A stretch of 64,000 nucleotides of DNA from Octopus sinensis (taxonomy: Eukaryota): NCBI RefSeq assembly GCF_006345805.1, contig NC_043023.1, forward strand, positions 18,228,001-18,292,000, read 5' to 3'. A program made the translations under genes and the position numbers. A model generated the notes under the pieces. It was given only the letters and a program-made list of their open reading frames with translations. It was not told the origin of the DNA and made no database searches. Of the stretch, positions 12,110 to 26,820 are shown in pieces. The stretch's first letter is position 1. Every line of letters begins with the position of its first letter.

Positions 12110-12684
12110 TTAAGAATATAAAAAATTTATGTCTTTGAGAATCTTCTTTTCTTCATATATTACATTAAACATGCTTGCATAAAAGAGAACTTCATTTTTA
12201 TCTATCAATACAACACTACGAAACTTAAACACTTTATAAACTGAAATGTACTTTAAACCTTCTTATTTTCTGTAACTCACAAAATCTAACATCATATGGT
12301 TTGATTTGTAATTCTATAGATAATTTCTAACTGCCAATTTTCACTACTAATTTTCAATATAATCTTTAACTTTTATTAACGAAGAAGTAAATGTGGTTTC
12401 TTAATACAATATGTTTTGTTTTTATTTGAAACATCGTTATATTCTACTGTAAGTTCAAATAACGCATGGGGAGAGAGAGAGAGAGAGACAGACAGTCAGA
12501 CAGACAGACAGAGTGATTTCGTCAGTTACTAATTACTCCACTAAAATCCACGTCACCATCTCTTCAGTTATCCGTTGGCCGTATAACTGAATAGATGGTA
12601 GCGTGGAATTCCACCTCGGCATCCGAAATTCGGAGTTTTATCTTGGCTACCGAATACTTGTCACATATTACATTTACAGATGTA

Positions 12685-14384
12685 TCTCTCTATATATGAA
12701 ACTTAGAATGTGTGTCTGTCTGTCTGTCTGTCTGTGTGTTTCCCTAAAACTTGAGAACTACACAACCAATTTCATTCAAATTTTACACATGCCTTACTTA
12801 GGGTACGGGGAGTGTCATCGGCAAAAATTCTTAACTTTTTCCCTAGGGCGACCCCACAGCAATATCATATCTTCTCCACTGCGATTCCCAAAAATTTGAG
12901 AACTACAGAACCAATTTCATTCACATTTTACACATGCCTTACTTAGGGTCCATGTAGTTTCATGGGCAAAAAAAGTTCAACTTCTTGCCTAGAGCGAGCC
13001 CATAGCAATACCATATTTTCTCCACTATTTCAGTATTACGTGTTAAAAGTGAAACAAAAACATTTCTCTATTTTCTGTCAGATACTTTCACTTTAACAAT
13101 GAAAATAATAATAACCATTGAATTATATGTAGTAAGTAATACTTAAAATCAAACTAAAGTATAATATAATCGTAACATAACAAAAGTAAAATAGCAATTG
13201 GTATAAAATTGCATCAATGACTTGAACTTGAATAAGTGGTTTCACATGAATAGGAATAAATTAAAAATAAAATTAGCGTGCAGAAATGGAATAGTCCAGA
13301 TGGAGCTGTGCTTTTTTTTAGATTATCTGCTAATTAGCTAGCATTAAGTATCTATATGAAGTTTGGCTGTATGTAATATCTGTTTTCTGGAACAGCCACT
13401 CCTACAGAGTACTGCTATTGGTTTATTTCTTATACATAAAGGACCAAAGCTTCAACTGCTTACTGCTTTCTGTTTCATCGTAAAGTTTGTTGTTATTATT
13501 ATTACTGTTTAACTATTGTTATCACGTTTGTTGGTTCCTCGTAAAGGAAACATTGTTGTGTTGCATTTGTTAAATAATTGTAAACTGGGAGAAGGAGCTT
13601 TGGTCATTGTTTAAAAATTGAATTGTGTCCCTGCTTGGGGAAATTGACAATACTTTCTCCGTTTACACGGAAGCATTTTTGTTAGAATGCCTTCGATAGA
13701 AGAAAGTCCAAAAGTGAATTTCGCTGCAGCCGTCGGTGGGCGCGAAGTCATTGAAATTAAAATGGAAGAAATATGGATTAATTACCGACAAAGACGGTGT
13801 ATCTAGGATAACACCACCAAATGAAATACGAAATTAAATTAAAGAAAAGACTATTGTCTATAAAGTATACAATGTAGAGAAAAAAAAAGATTTGGATACC
13901 TGGAGGAAAGCACCATCCAAAGTGTCTTGCTGCGACTATGAAAGATATCTAACTAGAGGCGGTAAGTTCGCCACAGTAGAAGCAAGGTTCGAGTCAACGG
14001 AGCGTGCAAGGGAGTACTCGACTTGAACCTTGCAAAGTGGAAATATTTTATTTTTGCCTTTATATCTGGGAAGTAGTACGTCCCGGATAAAATTTTAAAA
14101 TGCCCCCCCCCCAGAAGTAGAGGTAGGCTGGATTGTAGCCACACTTCTATACAAGAGGGAGATCAAGATATAATTGATCGAAATTGCAAGAGACGGGCCT
14201 ACAATTCCAGTTTGTTATATATTTTGAGTACTGTTATCACTAGCGATATAAAGATATAACTTTGTATTTTGTATTTTATGTGTATATGTATATGTATAGA
14301 TGTACATGTAATATGTACACATATATATACACATATATACAAGTACTAGCACTATGACCGGGCAACGACGGGTCATTATGCTAG
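12685..14384 (+). mobile_element. Non-autonomous Helitron
   Basis: Starts A|TC(TCTCTATATAT); ends with a GC hairpin ATGACCGGGCAACGACGGGTCAT then CTAG|T; subterminal (CTGT)n; internal ~140 bp duplication; shares blocks with the adjacent element. Confidence 0.9.
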
Positions 14385-14444
14385 TATTATAATATATATA
14401 ATATATTTAATATAACATATTATAATAATATATATCATATGTTA

Positions 14445-15623
14445 TCTCTCTATATATAAAACTGAGTATGTGTGTCTGTCTGTCTGTCTGTGTGTTTCCC
14501 TTAAACTTCAGATCTACACAACCAATTTCAATCAAATTTTACACATGCCTTACTTAAGGTCCGGGGAGTGCCATCGGCAAAATATCTTAACTTTTTCCCT
14601 AGGGTGACCCCACAGCAATATCATATCTTCTCCATTATTTCAGTATTACGTGTTAAAAGGGAAACAAAGACGTCTCTCTTTTGTAATGCAGGCACTTTCA
14701 TTATAATACTGAAACTATTAAAGTGAAAGTATTATACAACAGGGATGAACCATTGATAGTGGTCAACCTTTTTGCTAGACGAAGATCCGCTATGGTCCTA
14801 TATGCTACACCACTGGTTTTCAATTCATATTAATCAAATTAATATTTAATTTTTCACCCTTATTATGTGTGTGTGTGTGTATTAGCAATTCGTATAAAAT
14901 TGCATCAATGACTTGAACTTGAATAAGTGGTTTCACATAAATGAGGATAAAATTAAAAGGTTTATTGTTATTATTATTACTGTTTGACTATTGTAATCAC
15001 GTTTGTTGGTTCCTCGTCAGGGAAACGTTGTTGCGTGGCATTTGTTAAATAATTGTAAACCTTAACCCTCGCCTTTTCGGAGAAGGGGCTTTGGTTATGG
15101 TTTAAAAACTGAATTGTGTCCCTGTTTGGGGAAATTGACAATATTTTCACCGTCTTTGCCGAAGCATTTTTGTTAAAATGCCTTCGATAGAAGAAATGAA
15201 TTTCGCTGCAGCCGTACACTTCTATACAAGAGGGAGGACAAGATCCAATTGATCGAAATTGCAAGAGACGGGCCTACAATACCAGTCTGTTATATATATT
15301 GAGTACTGTTATCACTAGCGATATCAAGATATAACTTTGTATTTTGTATTTTATGTGTAGATGTATATACATATATAGATGTACATGTAATATGTACACA
15401 TATATATATATACATATACATGCATACTATATCTACCCATACACACATACGCACGCACACACACACACATACATAGGGGCAGGTGTGGCTGTGTGGTAAC
15501 AAACTACGTTCGAAACACATGGTCCTGGGTTCAGTCCCACTGTGTGGTGACTTGGCATGTGTCTTCTGCTGTAGCCTCAGACCAACAAAAGCATTCTCAG
15601 AGGATTTTGTACATATATACAGG

Positions 15624-15665
<42 letters not shown>

Positions 15666-18600
15666 CTTGTATACGTACATATTCGGCATAAACACTCTAC
15701 CACTACAACTAATAACTGTTGGGAACACTTTCAAACCTGCCTTACATTTGAACCGGAATCTCAACGCCTGAGTTTTCCATCTGAAGTTAATCTCTCTCAT
15801 AGGCCTCATACAAAAAGGGCAAGTCTTGGGCCCTATACAATGTGACATGTACACAATCGAGTGGCAAAAAAGGGGCCTTCCACATGCTCATATCCTGCTG
15901 TGGCTCTCAGCGAAGATCAATTCCAATGACATCGACAAGATAATCTCTGCAGAGCTTCATGATCCAGCTTTAGACAAAGAGCTGTACGAAATAGTTAAAG
16001 CAAACATGGTGCATGGTCCATGTGGGCGTGGATTCAACATAAACACACCATGCTTGAAGGACAGCATATGTTCAAAAAGATTACCAAGGAGGTTCCTACA
16101 AGAAACTCAGACAGGTGCTGATGGGTATCCATCATATAGACGCAGAAAACCAGAAGACGGAGGTTTCACAGCAACTATCGGACAGCACGATATTGATAAT
16201 AGATGGATTGTTCCATACTGCCCACTCCTGTCAAAGACTTTCAATGCCCACATCAACGTTGAGTTTTCCAACTCCGTTAAATCCATCAAGTACGTTTGAA
16301 AATATGTAAACAAGGGTTCCGACGCTGCAATGTTTGGACTTCAACAAGAATACTGCAAGGATGAGGCGACGCATTATCAGGTGGGACGGTACATAAGTAG
16401 CAACGAGGCTTTCTGGCGCATCTTTGGATTTCCAATTCACCAACGACACCCCGCCATTCAACAGCTTGCTGTGCACCTGGAAAATGGTCAAAGAGTGTTC
16501 TTCACCGATGCTAATGCTTCCCTGTTGGCAGAGGAACCAAGGGATAGTACACTCACTGCATTCTTCAAGCTTTGTCAAGTGGATCCATTCGCTCAAACTT
16601 TGCTGTATCCACAGATTCCATCGTGCTACACTTGGAATAGAAAAAAATGGCCCCACGGAAAGCAGGTCAAATGTTCATGGATACCCTGGCATTAAGTTTC
16701 ACACTTGCCTTGGGCAAGTATACACAGTGCATCCCACTCAACAAGAGTGCTTCTACGTTCTTCTACTACTGCATGAGGTCAGAGCGCCAACGTTCTGGAT
16801 ATGTCTGCACAACATACAGAGAAGCCTGTTATCGACAAGGTCTGTTAGAAAATGGTGCACAATGGGATGCAACTTTAGGAAAGGCTGCTTTATCACAATC
16901 ACCTAAAAGTCTCAGGGCACTATTTGCAGTATTACTACAGGCATGCGAACTGTGTGATCCGGCCACTCTATGGCTCAAATATAGAGACAATCTGGCTGAA
17001 GACTTTCAGCGCCAAGCTCAACTGTTCTATCCTGACATGCAGGGTATCAGCAATGAAATCTATAACAAAACACTCATTGACATTGAATACAGAATTGCTA
17101 AACTGGGTGGAAAGGAATTGTCGACGTATGGCCTGCCATAAGCATTCAGGTCAGGGTCAAATAGCCTTCCCACTGCTGTCATTCGTGAAACAACCTACGA
17201 CACTCAAGCGCTTTCAAAGTACATTGTTGAAAATGAGCCTTAACTACTTCCGGACCAGCTGCAGGCCTACAGAATTATTCTTAACAGTGTACGCCAACGC
17301 GAGGGACGAATCTTCTTCCTCGATGCTCCTGAAGGGACAGGAAAAAACATTTATTAGAAAGCTTTTCCTTGCAGAGGTTAGGCAGCATCAGGACATTGCA
17401 GTAGCTGTAGCCTCCTCTGGCATTGCAGCTACTTTGTTACCCGGTGGCAGGACAGCACACTCAACTTTTAAACTCCCTATCAATTTAGCAGCATCCGAAA
17501 TGTCTTCAACCAAAACATCAACAAAAGCTCAGATCAGGGACAAGTACTTAAAATGTGTCATCTAATTGTCTGGGATGAGTGCACTATGGCTAACAAGGGA
17601 GCTTTGGAAGCATTAGATAGAGCTCTGAAAGACATCTGAGACTGTCAGGCTCCAATGGGAGGTGTAACGCTGCTGTTGTCAGGTGATTTCAGGCAAACGC
17701 TTCCTGTCATTCCGAAAGGCACTAGAGCAGGTGAAGTCCAAGCATGCCTAAAGTCCTCAACCCTGTCGCATCATGTTACAATCCTCAGTCTCACCACTAA
17801 CATGAGAGCTCAGCTACACGGCGACAAAATGTCCACAAAGTTTGCACAGAATTGTTTGACGCTTGGTGAAGGCAAGATGCCTCTCGATGCTGCAGGACAA
17901 ATGGAAGTGTGGTCATTTTCCTCTGTTGTTAATTTAGATGACCTCAAAAACAAAGCCTTTTCCCAACTTCACACAAAACTAACAAAATCACAATTGGCTG
18001 TGTGAAAGAGCAATATTAGCTCCAAAAAACGTCGCTGTTAACAAAATTAATCAACAGCTAATGTATTCTCTTCCCGACACTATACACACTTACAAGGCTG
18101 TTGATACAATTCCAGATATAAATGAAGTTGTGAACTATCCTCCTGAATTTCTCAATTCACTGGAGCCTCCTGGACTTCCTCCACACATATTAGCACTTAA
18201 AGCTGGAACTCCTGTAATGCTACTCCGCAATCTGAAACCACTAAGACTTTGCATGGAACGCGACTGGTGATAAAGAAAATGATGTCACACGTTATCGAGG
18301 CGATCATTCTTTCTGGATGTGGAAAATGTGATGACGTCTTTATTCCAAGAATTCCTCTTACTCCATCAGGAGCAGAAATTCCATTTACATTCAGAAGACT
18401 GCAATTCCCCCTTCGTGTCAGCTTTGCCATGTCCATTAACAAATCTCAGGGTCAAACCCTCTCTGTCGCTGGTCTTGTCTTGGAAGAGCCCTGCCTCTCG
18501 CATGGGCAACTGTATGTTGGCTGCTCAAGAGTAGGAACCAAAAGAAAACTTTTTGTATATGCTCCACAAGGAAAAAACAATGAACAAGGTTTACAACATG

Positions 18601-18792
18601 GTGTTATAATCTCAAAAGCCAGGAGGTATATATTTGATTCCCCTTTTTTTAACAAGCTTCATGTACTTTCATGTATTTATATTAATATACATATATGTGT
18701 GCCTGCGTGTGTGTGTGTATCCATATATATGTAACAGAAAAATCTAATTCTTCAATTGAATGAAACCGGGCAACGCCGGGTATCTCTGTTAG
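14445..18792 (+). mobile_element. Helitron, internally deleted and formerly autonomous
   Basis: Same 5' end A|TCTCTCTATATAT; 3' hairpin ACCGGGCAACGCCGGGT then TTAG|T (CTAG variant); encloses the RepHel remnant. Confidence 0.9.
15826..18590 (+). pseudogene. Helitron Rep/PIF1-type helicase (RepHel) pseudogene
   Basis: HUH motif IEWQKRGLPHAHILLW; Y2 motif KYV*KYVNKG; Walker A FFLDAPEGTGKTF; ASSGIAATLLPGGRTAHSTF; IVWDECTM; GDFRQTLPVI; QFPLRVSFAMSINKSQGQTL; HGQLYVGCSRV. Multiple stops and frameshifts; N-terminus missing. Confidence 0.95.
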
Positions 18793-18794
18793 TA

Positions 18795-18883
<89 letters not shown>

Positions 18884-19284
18884 GTATGAATATATATGTA
18901 CATATGTATGCCTGTATGTATGTATTTGTGTATCCATCATCGCTTGCCACCGATCTTAGTGTGTTTACGTCCCCGTAACTTAGCGGTTCGGCAAAAGGAC
19001 CCGATAGAATAAGTACTAGGATTAGAAAGCATAAACCCTAGGGTCAATTTGTTTGACTTAAGCCGGTGCTCCAGCCTGGTCGCTGTCAAATAGCTGAAAC
19101 AAGTAAAAGAATAAGGGAATATATATGTATAATGTTGAAAAGTGACACACGAGTTGATGTGTTCAAGGAAAATAAGACAACGAAAAAAATTCTAAAAAAT
19201 GTTATCATGAAATTCATTTTGTAACAGTTAGTACTTGTTTCTGTCTTTTCGACTTATTTTGACTAAGAGTAAAATATAGGTTCT

Positions 19285-19493
19285 CTTATTCTTTAAATTG
19301 TTTCAGTCATTTGGCTGCGGCCGTGCTGGAGCACCTTTAGTCGAGCAAATCGATCCTAGCACTTAACCTTTGTTATCCTAGTACATATTCTATCAGATTC
19401 TATTGCCGAACCACTAAGTTACGGGGACGAAAACACACCAATATCGGTTGTCAATCGATGTTGGAGGTAGAAACAAACAAACACACACAAACA

Positions 19494-19555
<62 letters not shown>

Positions 19556-19677
19556 CGGCAGGCTTCTTTCAGCTTACGTCCACCAAATCCACTCACAAGG
19601 CCTTGGTCGGCATGAGGCTATAGTAGAAGTCACTTGCCCAAGGTGCCACGCAGTGGGACTGAACCCGGAACCATGTG
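19285..19677 (-). mobile_element. SINE family A
   Basis: Reverse-strand copy; paralog at 42240-42686. Confidence 0.85.
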
Positions 19678-20051
19678 TTGTTAGGGTATAAATGAAGAAG
19701 AAAAAATTAAATTGAAGCAAAAATTAAGTTAAATTAAATGAAGAGAAAGTGAGAGAAAAAAGGAAATGTCTTACCTATTTGAAGATTATGAAAATATTTG
19801 CAAAACATTTCATTTAATTTTTCTTTGATTTAATTGGCTTTCTTGATTAATATTCACCTATTTCTACTCTTAGCTGAAAAAGTCGAAAAGACAGAAAGCG
19901 GTGCTACCCGTTACAAAATGTATTTCATGATAAAGTTATTCTTTGCATTTTCTACCTTATCTTATTTTCCTTATGTCTGTGTCTGTCTGTCTGTCTCTCT
20001 CTCTCTGTATATATATATCTATCTATATAAATAAATATATATATATATATG

Positions 20052-20091
<40 letters not shown>

Positions 20092-23000
20092 CTGTCGTGT
20101 CCAGATGAATCGTATTGTTTTGATACCTTATATTCTAACACACACACAGGTTTGATTCCACTCATTCATTATTTATAATTTTTCTTCTAAAATTTTCTTT
20201 GCTTTTGCAACATTGTCAACATCCATTGCCAAGGTTGCAAAAGCAACGAAAATTATAGAATTAATGGCTATTAATTAAATAGAATGAATTCTAGGTTCCG
20301 CGTGGTCACAAAGAATATTTAACTTCAGTTCTTTTCTTTTCCTTTCATCTATAATCTTTCACTCTTTCTTAAAAGTTCACAAGCAGAAATAATCTTTTTA
20401 ATTGTTACTTTTTAATATTTAGTTCTTAATTTTTCACATTTAATTTTCAAATTATTCTCTTAACTTACGTATCTGTTTCTGACGTTTTATTTCTCCTTAC
20501 TGACAACTGAACTAGAGAATACAGAGAGGAGTATAATGTTCACAGCACAACCTTTTTGAGAGGGTAGGGACGTAAGTTCGCACTTCGATGAAGTACTTGA
20601 GATACCCTCGCTGCCTTGATTTGTGTTGTCCTTTTTCTTCTAATTAATATAGACCAGCTAACTCAGAAGCCTAACACGGATCCCTAGCTCCAGCCTCAGA
20701 TGTGAAATTGGAAAGTAACGGTAATCGAATATAGCACTTTGTCAGCGTATCTATTCGTTTAGATCACCAAGGAATTACAGACATATATACATATATATTA
20801 ATATTATATCTATGTATATGCATGTGTATACATTTATACCCACGCACATGTATGAAGCTTGCTACCCAAACGCATAGTTTTGGGTTCAGTCCCACTGCGT
20901 CGCAACATGGACGAGAATCTCCCGCTATAACCTCCGGCCGACCTGGGACTTTTGAGTGAATTCGATAGCCGGAAACTGAAAGAAATACCTCATCTCACTA
21001 TATGTGCGGATAAGCGTGTATGTGTGTGTGTTTGTGTTTGTGTGTTTGCGTGTTCTAAATGTTAAGTCAAATGGAAAAAACAACATCCCTTCCTTTCTCA
21101 AAGTATTATATATTACTCTCTTTCTTTCACTTTCTCTAGCTTTCTCTCTAAACGATAAGCATTATTTTGCTTTTGTGATGTGATGCCTCAACAAATCACA
21201 CTCACACACACACATAAAGATTCATAATACATACATACATATATAGTGAGAACCCACACGATAGTAGAAGCTATAGTCGCTAATAAGAAGGAGTATTTTT
21301 GAAATGTCCCAGTGAAATCCTCAATAAAATGTGACCATAATCGACGTGACAGAGAAGAATTGACTCAGGGAAGACAATCTGTGTACAGCTGTGGAAATGA
21401 GCTGACCAGCGGATGTTAACATAAATCTAAAGATCATAAAAAGAATTCTTGAACTCTTGAGAAATCTACAGTTACACGTCCTATATTATAAGTTAACGTA
21501 TAGACTTGAACTTGTAATCTGTAATTATTGGAGGACTGGGATATGCAACACACTGTCTAATCCCGAGAAATTAAGCTTCCCAAAACTAGAAGGGAAAAAG
21601 CTGATTCGAAATCTACAGATCCAGGTCACCACTGGATCTCTTAAAATCTAAATGTTTTCAGAAATTTATCATTTAAATATATGCATGTGAATACATACAC
21701 AAAACCAAATATACAAATCTGCACGTGTACTAATTTCAAATACGGCTAATATTATCATACATACATGCAAATGTACTCTGTGATGTTGAAATTCCAATGA
21801 AGGAACATTGAATCTAGGTTAGAATCCGGCTCACCCTCTACATATAAAATTTGATAATAACATACATACATACATACATACATACATACATACATACATA
21901 CATACATACATACATACATGGTGGCTGTCTCCTCGTTATCGAGTATGGCCATTGTAAGTGCAGTCGTATTATACTATTTCAGTTTTGTGCAGAGACCAGC
22001 CTGGTGTTTTGTATTTTTCCAGCATTTTCCCGTCATTCTTTGCCCTTCACATCTGCATCTGCGAGGTTTCTTCAATCACTTCTCAAAGTCTGTTTAAGCA
22101 TTTGGCATGCTTTTTTACATTGCCAACTTTTAATAAAAGTTTTTTTTTTGGAGGAGGAGGAATTCCTCATCTTGAAAATGTTGCCCGAGTAGACCCGAAT
22201 GAAATCGGTTCATAATATCGAAACAATGCTATTTTAATCCCGAGCAAAGGTGGCTTTCTCTGCTAGTGTATCATATAAGAATAGTATTTCTATGTAATAT
22301 ACGATGTGTCTATGGATGTTTCTATTTGTTCTGCAGTGATTTAATGCAGGTTTTCCCAATGTGGCAATGGTTGCATGTTCTTTATTTTATATTCTACCTT
22401 TATGATCATTGTTACTCAATAGTTATTTTAGATTTTAAGCAAAACGTCAAACTTCACCATTGTACATATAAAAATCCATAAATTTAAATTTTGAAAATTT
22501 AGTGAAACGCAACTCGTAAGTATTGTCCAATTGTTATTGGATTCTTACGTGATACGGGTGAACAAACCTGATTATTTTGAAATTTAACATAAAATTATTT
22601 AAATTACGCCATCTTTATTTCATAAATTGATAAGCAATTATTATTAGAAATTATTGGTTTAGAAACAAATTATATGGTATCATACTTTGGACAAATTATT
22701 TTGAATAAATTGCTGACATATCTTACTAATTTTTAGCTCCATAAACTTGGAATGAACTAATATTCAAACATTATATGTGATGTAAAAACACAACAAAAAT
22801 ATAATAAACATGATCTTTCTTCCTGAAAGTTGTACAAAACAATAAGTCGCCGATTATGTAAACTAAGAGGAACATATTCAAATTTAAATTTAATTTGTAA
22901 CAATAAACTTATTTATAAAAAGGACGTTTTGAAAAAACAGAGAAGAGAGAACTATATCACTGACTCTCTGAAACCAAAAGAATAACTTTCAAATGTGATG

Positions 23001-23749
23001 AGTGAGATCTTCATCTTGTTCTGCTCAAAGACTGTGATAGTAATAAGCATATTGTAATTAAAGACAAAATATATTCTCTATAGAGAAATTGTCAAATCTA
23101 TCGAGGAATAAACTGCAGAAAGTAACGACAATGATATAACTGTGGAGAGTGAAGAACTTGAAAGAGTGTCATGAATTCAGAAATAAGTAATTCTCTCAGA
23201 ACGACAAAACGTCCTGTTAAAATAATGATTCTTTTCTGCAACAATTTATTCAAAAGCAACAAATATACTTCAAAATAAAGACCAAACGCACTGCACGAAC
23301 TTTTTCCTCAACTTAATAAATAAATTTTGAAGCAATTAAAGAAATAAGAGGTTTCATTTAGTATGCGACGTTTGACTGCTATTTCTAGCAGCTGCATCCA
23401 CAATAGGTGCAGGGTGCAGTGTGAAGATTACGAGGAGGAATTTAAGGGATAAGAATTGCAATATTAAAAGAAGCGAAACGAAAACGAATCAGTGATATAG
23501 AAAAGTGTTCGATATTTATTGATATTGTGTTATAAACACTTCGATCTATTATTTACATTAAATCATTTTTGGAAATCATCAAATTCTGCGCAAGAAAAAA
23601 ATACAATTTAAAGCGAAAAGGGATTCAATAAGAGTTATTGTTCTTACGCTTTGACACCTCCCACCAAGTTGTAAAGTGTCGAATGACTCCGCCCATTTTG
23701 CGTTGTTTATTAACTCATACCCTTCCCCTATTACTAAATCCTCCAATAA

Positions 23750-26289
23750 GCGCGCTCTCCCTCTTTGTCTGTCACTTTCTCTTCGCTTCCGTCTCCCACC
23801 TCCTCATATATTACCCAATGCTTCCCCCTCCCTTGCTTGTAGTCCTAATTCCATCTGTCTGTACCTCTCTAAGGGATTTTCATACTCTTTCTCCCCCTCC
23901 TCTACGAAACATATCCTCCCACTTCTCCCTCTTTGTCTCCTTTCTCTCAGAACCTCATTATATATTCATTTTAACCAACCCCGCCTCCCTTGCTATATCG
24001 TTCACCTCATCCTCTCCCTCACTTCCTAAACGTATATATCAATTCCCCCCTCTCTCACACACACACTCTTTCTCTTTCTTTCTCTGCCATTTCATACATT
24101 AACATACCCCTCCCCTTCCCTAGATTTCCCTATCTCTCTTTCTCTCTTCCTTTCTCTCTCTCTCTCACTCTTTCTTCCTTTCTTTCTCTCTCTACCTCCC
24201 CCACCTCCTTATATCTTACCCTCTCCCTCTTCCTCTCCTTTTATTCCTAAGAAACCTTATTTTCTTACAAATAAATTATATTTTCAGATTTACCTTAAAA
24301 TTTCTCTCTCGCTAATTATTTTACCAGAAGCTAATTATTTAACTAACGATTAATTACTAAATTACTGTGTAGTTCTTAATTGAGGAAATTAAATAGTCGA
24401 GGCATTGACGGACAATTTAAGAAGCATTTATTCAAAGAATCGTCCTACACGTGGTTTGACATCATGCTAGAAATAACAGCCCACTACACTCAAAGTTGCT
24501 TTGTTTTTCATACGAAATTGAAAGACAATTTAAGAAGCATTTATAAAACTTTTTCCCGGATCTGGTCAGACTTCTTCCTCGAAGGAGAAACCAAGTGAAG
24601 AAGCGTCTATAAAACGTATTGGTGGTCTGTTATCTTGCTAGAAATAACAGCCCACCACACTATACTTTATATCGTTTTTATGAATGTCACTTTAAGGAGA
24701 TTCTAAGGAAATATAGTCCAGTTGGGGATCAAATGTGATGCTAGAAATAACAGCCAAGTATGTTAAAGTTTGGTTTTGTGTTTCATATGAAAATGAAGGA
24801 CACTTCGAAACTCCTCTCTCTCCTTCCTCATTCTGTATTAATACCTCATCCTTCCCCTCTTCCTTTCCCTAATACATGATAGACTCCCTCTCATATCACA
24901 CACATCAGTCCCTCTCCTTCTCTACTCCTCTCTCTGTCACTTATTTATGTTATTGTTTAACCCCGCCTCCCGCCTCCCTCGTTTTCTCTCAACTCTTACT
25001 CTCCCTTCCTCACAAAGCATATATCTCATACATCATCTCTGTTTCCTTCCCCCTCCCTCACTTTTTGTCTCTCTCCCTCCTTCTTTACCACCTCATATCT
25101 CATACTATCCCTCTACCTCTTTTGCGCTCCGCCCCACGTCACACTCTCCCTCTCTTTCTAAACCTATGTATCATTCTCTCTCTCCCTCCACCTCCTTATA
25201 TAATATTCTCTCATTCTCTTACCTCTTTCTTTCCTTCCCTTTCTCCTCCCTTTCCATCTCCCTCTCTTTCTATATGTCTGTCTTTCTCTCTCTTTGCTCT
25301 CTTCGTTTCTCTATTTCAGTCTCACTCTTTCGCCCTCTCGCTTCTTATGTCTCCCTCTGTCTCCGTGTCTCTGGTTGTCTGTCTCTCTCTTTCTCCCTCT
25401 CTCCCTTTCCCTCTCTCTATTACATTATATATTAATGCTCCGCCTTTTTACTCTTTGTCTCTCATCTCATACTTCTCCTCTCTTCTTAACATTAATTTCT
25501 CTAAACCCTCCTCCTTCCTCCCCCTCTCTCCCTCTTTCTTCTCATCATTTTTACAGAATTACGTCGCCTTCCTCTCTATCTCTCTCTCATTCTTTCTTTC
25601 TCTCTTTCTTTTTTCTTTCTTTCCTCTTTTCTTATTCTTTCATTCTTTCTTTCCTACTTTCTTTCGTACATTCTTTCTTTTTTCTTTCTTCATTTCTTTC
25701 TTACTTTCTTCCTTTCTTTCTTTCTTCCTTTCTTTCTTTCTTCATTTCTTTCATAATTTCTTTCTTTCCTTCTTTCATTTTCGTTATTTCTTTGTTTTTC
25801 ATTCAGTTTTTCATTTCCTTCTTCTTACCCTTCATTCTATTTTCTTTACTCGTTCTTAGCTTTCCTTCTTCTTTCCTTCTTTCCTTTTTCTTCCTTTCTT
25901 TTTTTGTTGTTGCTTCGTTTCCTTCCCTTTTCTCCTTTTTCTCTCTCTCCCTCTCACCCTGCTCCTATCTTTCTCACTTTCTTTCCTTTTTTTCCTTCTT
26001 TCTTTCTTTTTTCTTTATTTCCCTTCATGCTTTCTATCTTTCCCTCTTTCTCCTTCTGTCCTTCTTTCTTTCCTTTCTCCCTTTCTTTCTTACTTTCTCC
26101 CTTTCTTTCTTTCTTTCTGTCTTTCCTTTTTACCTTCTTTCTTTCTTTCTTTCTGCCTTTCTTTCCTTCTTTCTTTCCTTACTGCCTTTCTTTCCTTCCT
26201 TCTTTCCTTCATTATTTCCTTCTTTCCTTCCTTCCTTTCTTTCTTTCTTCCCTTTCTTTTTTACTTCCTTTATTTCTCTCATTCTTTCC

Positions 26290-26320
<31 letters not shown>

Positions 26321-26820
26321 CTTTCTGTCTTTCTTTCTTCCTTCATTTATCTCATTCCTTCTTTCTTTCATTCTTCCTTTCATTCATTCATTTTCGTTAT
26401 TTCTTTGCCTTTCTTTCTGTTTTTCATTTCCTTCTGCTTACCCTTCATTCTTTTTTCTTTCATCGCTCTTATCTTTCCTTCTCCTTTGCTTCTTTTCTTC
26501 TTCTTTCTTCCTTTTATTGTCCTTGTTTCGTTTCGTTTCCTTTTCTCCTTTTTCTCTCTCTCCCTCTCGCCCTACTCTTATCTTTCTCTCCTTCTTTCCT
26601 TCATTTCCCTTCTTTCTTTCTTTCTATCCTTCTCTCCCCCGCTCTCATTTCTTGCATTAATACAGAATCATGATACTTTATTCCTTCCCTGCTCTTTTCT
26701 TTCATTCCTTCTTTTTTTCTCTTTTCATTCTTCCTTTCTCTCTCTCTCTCACTCTCTTTCTTTTTTTCCTTCCTTTTACTCTCTCTCTGTCTCACTCTCT
26801 TTCTTTCCCTTAATCTCATT
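23750..26820. repeat. Long polypyrimidine (CT-rich) low-complexity tract
   Basis: About 3 kb that is mostly C/T on the + strand, interrupted at ~24250-24810; source of the F/L/S-rich pseudo-ORFs. Confidence 0.9.

Noticed and set aside
19775-19873. Apparent minus-strand exon with a good acceptor and AG|GTAAG donor
   Set aside because: No consistent reading frame between the two duplicates, and the 'acceptor' is part of an inverted-repeat arm (19203-19281 / 19857-19932).
21555-21630. GAAA-TCTACAGA-TC helix III-like motif (similar weak cases near 6655-6710, 40672-40705, 47440-47475 and 51505-51572)
   Set aside because: No intact CUGANGA and no convincing stem I; possibly very old Penelope remnants, but not supportable.
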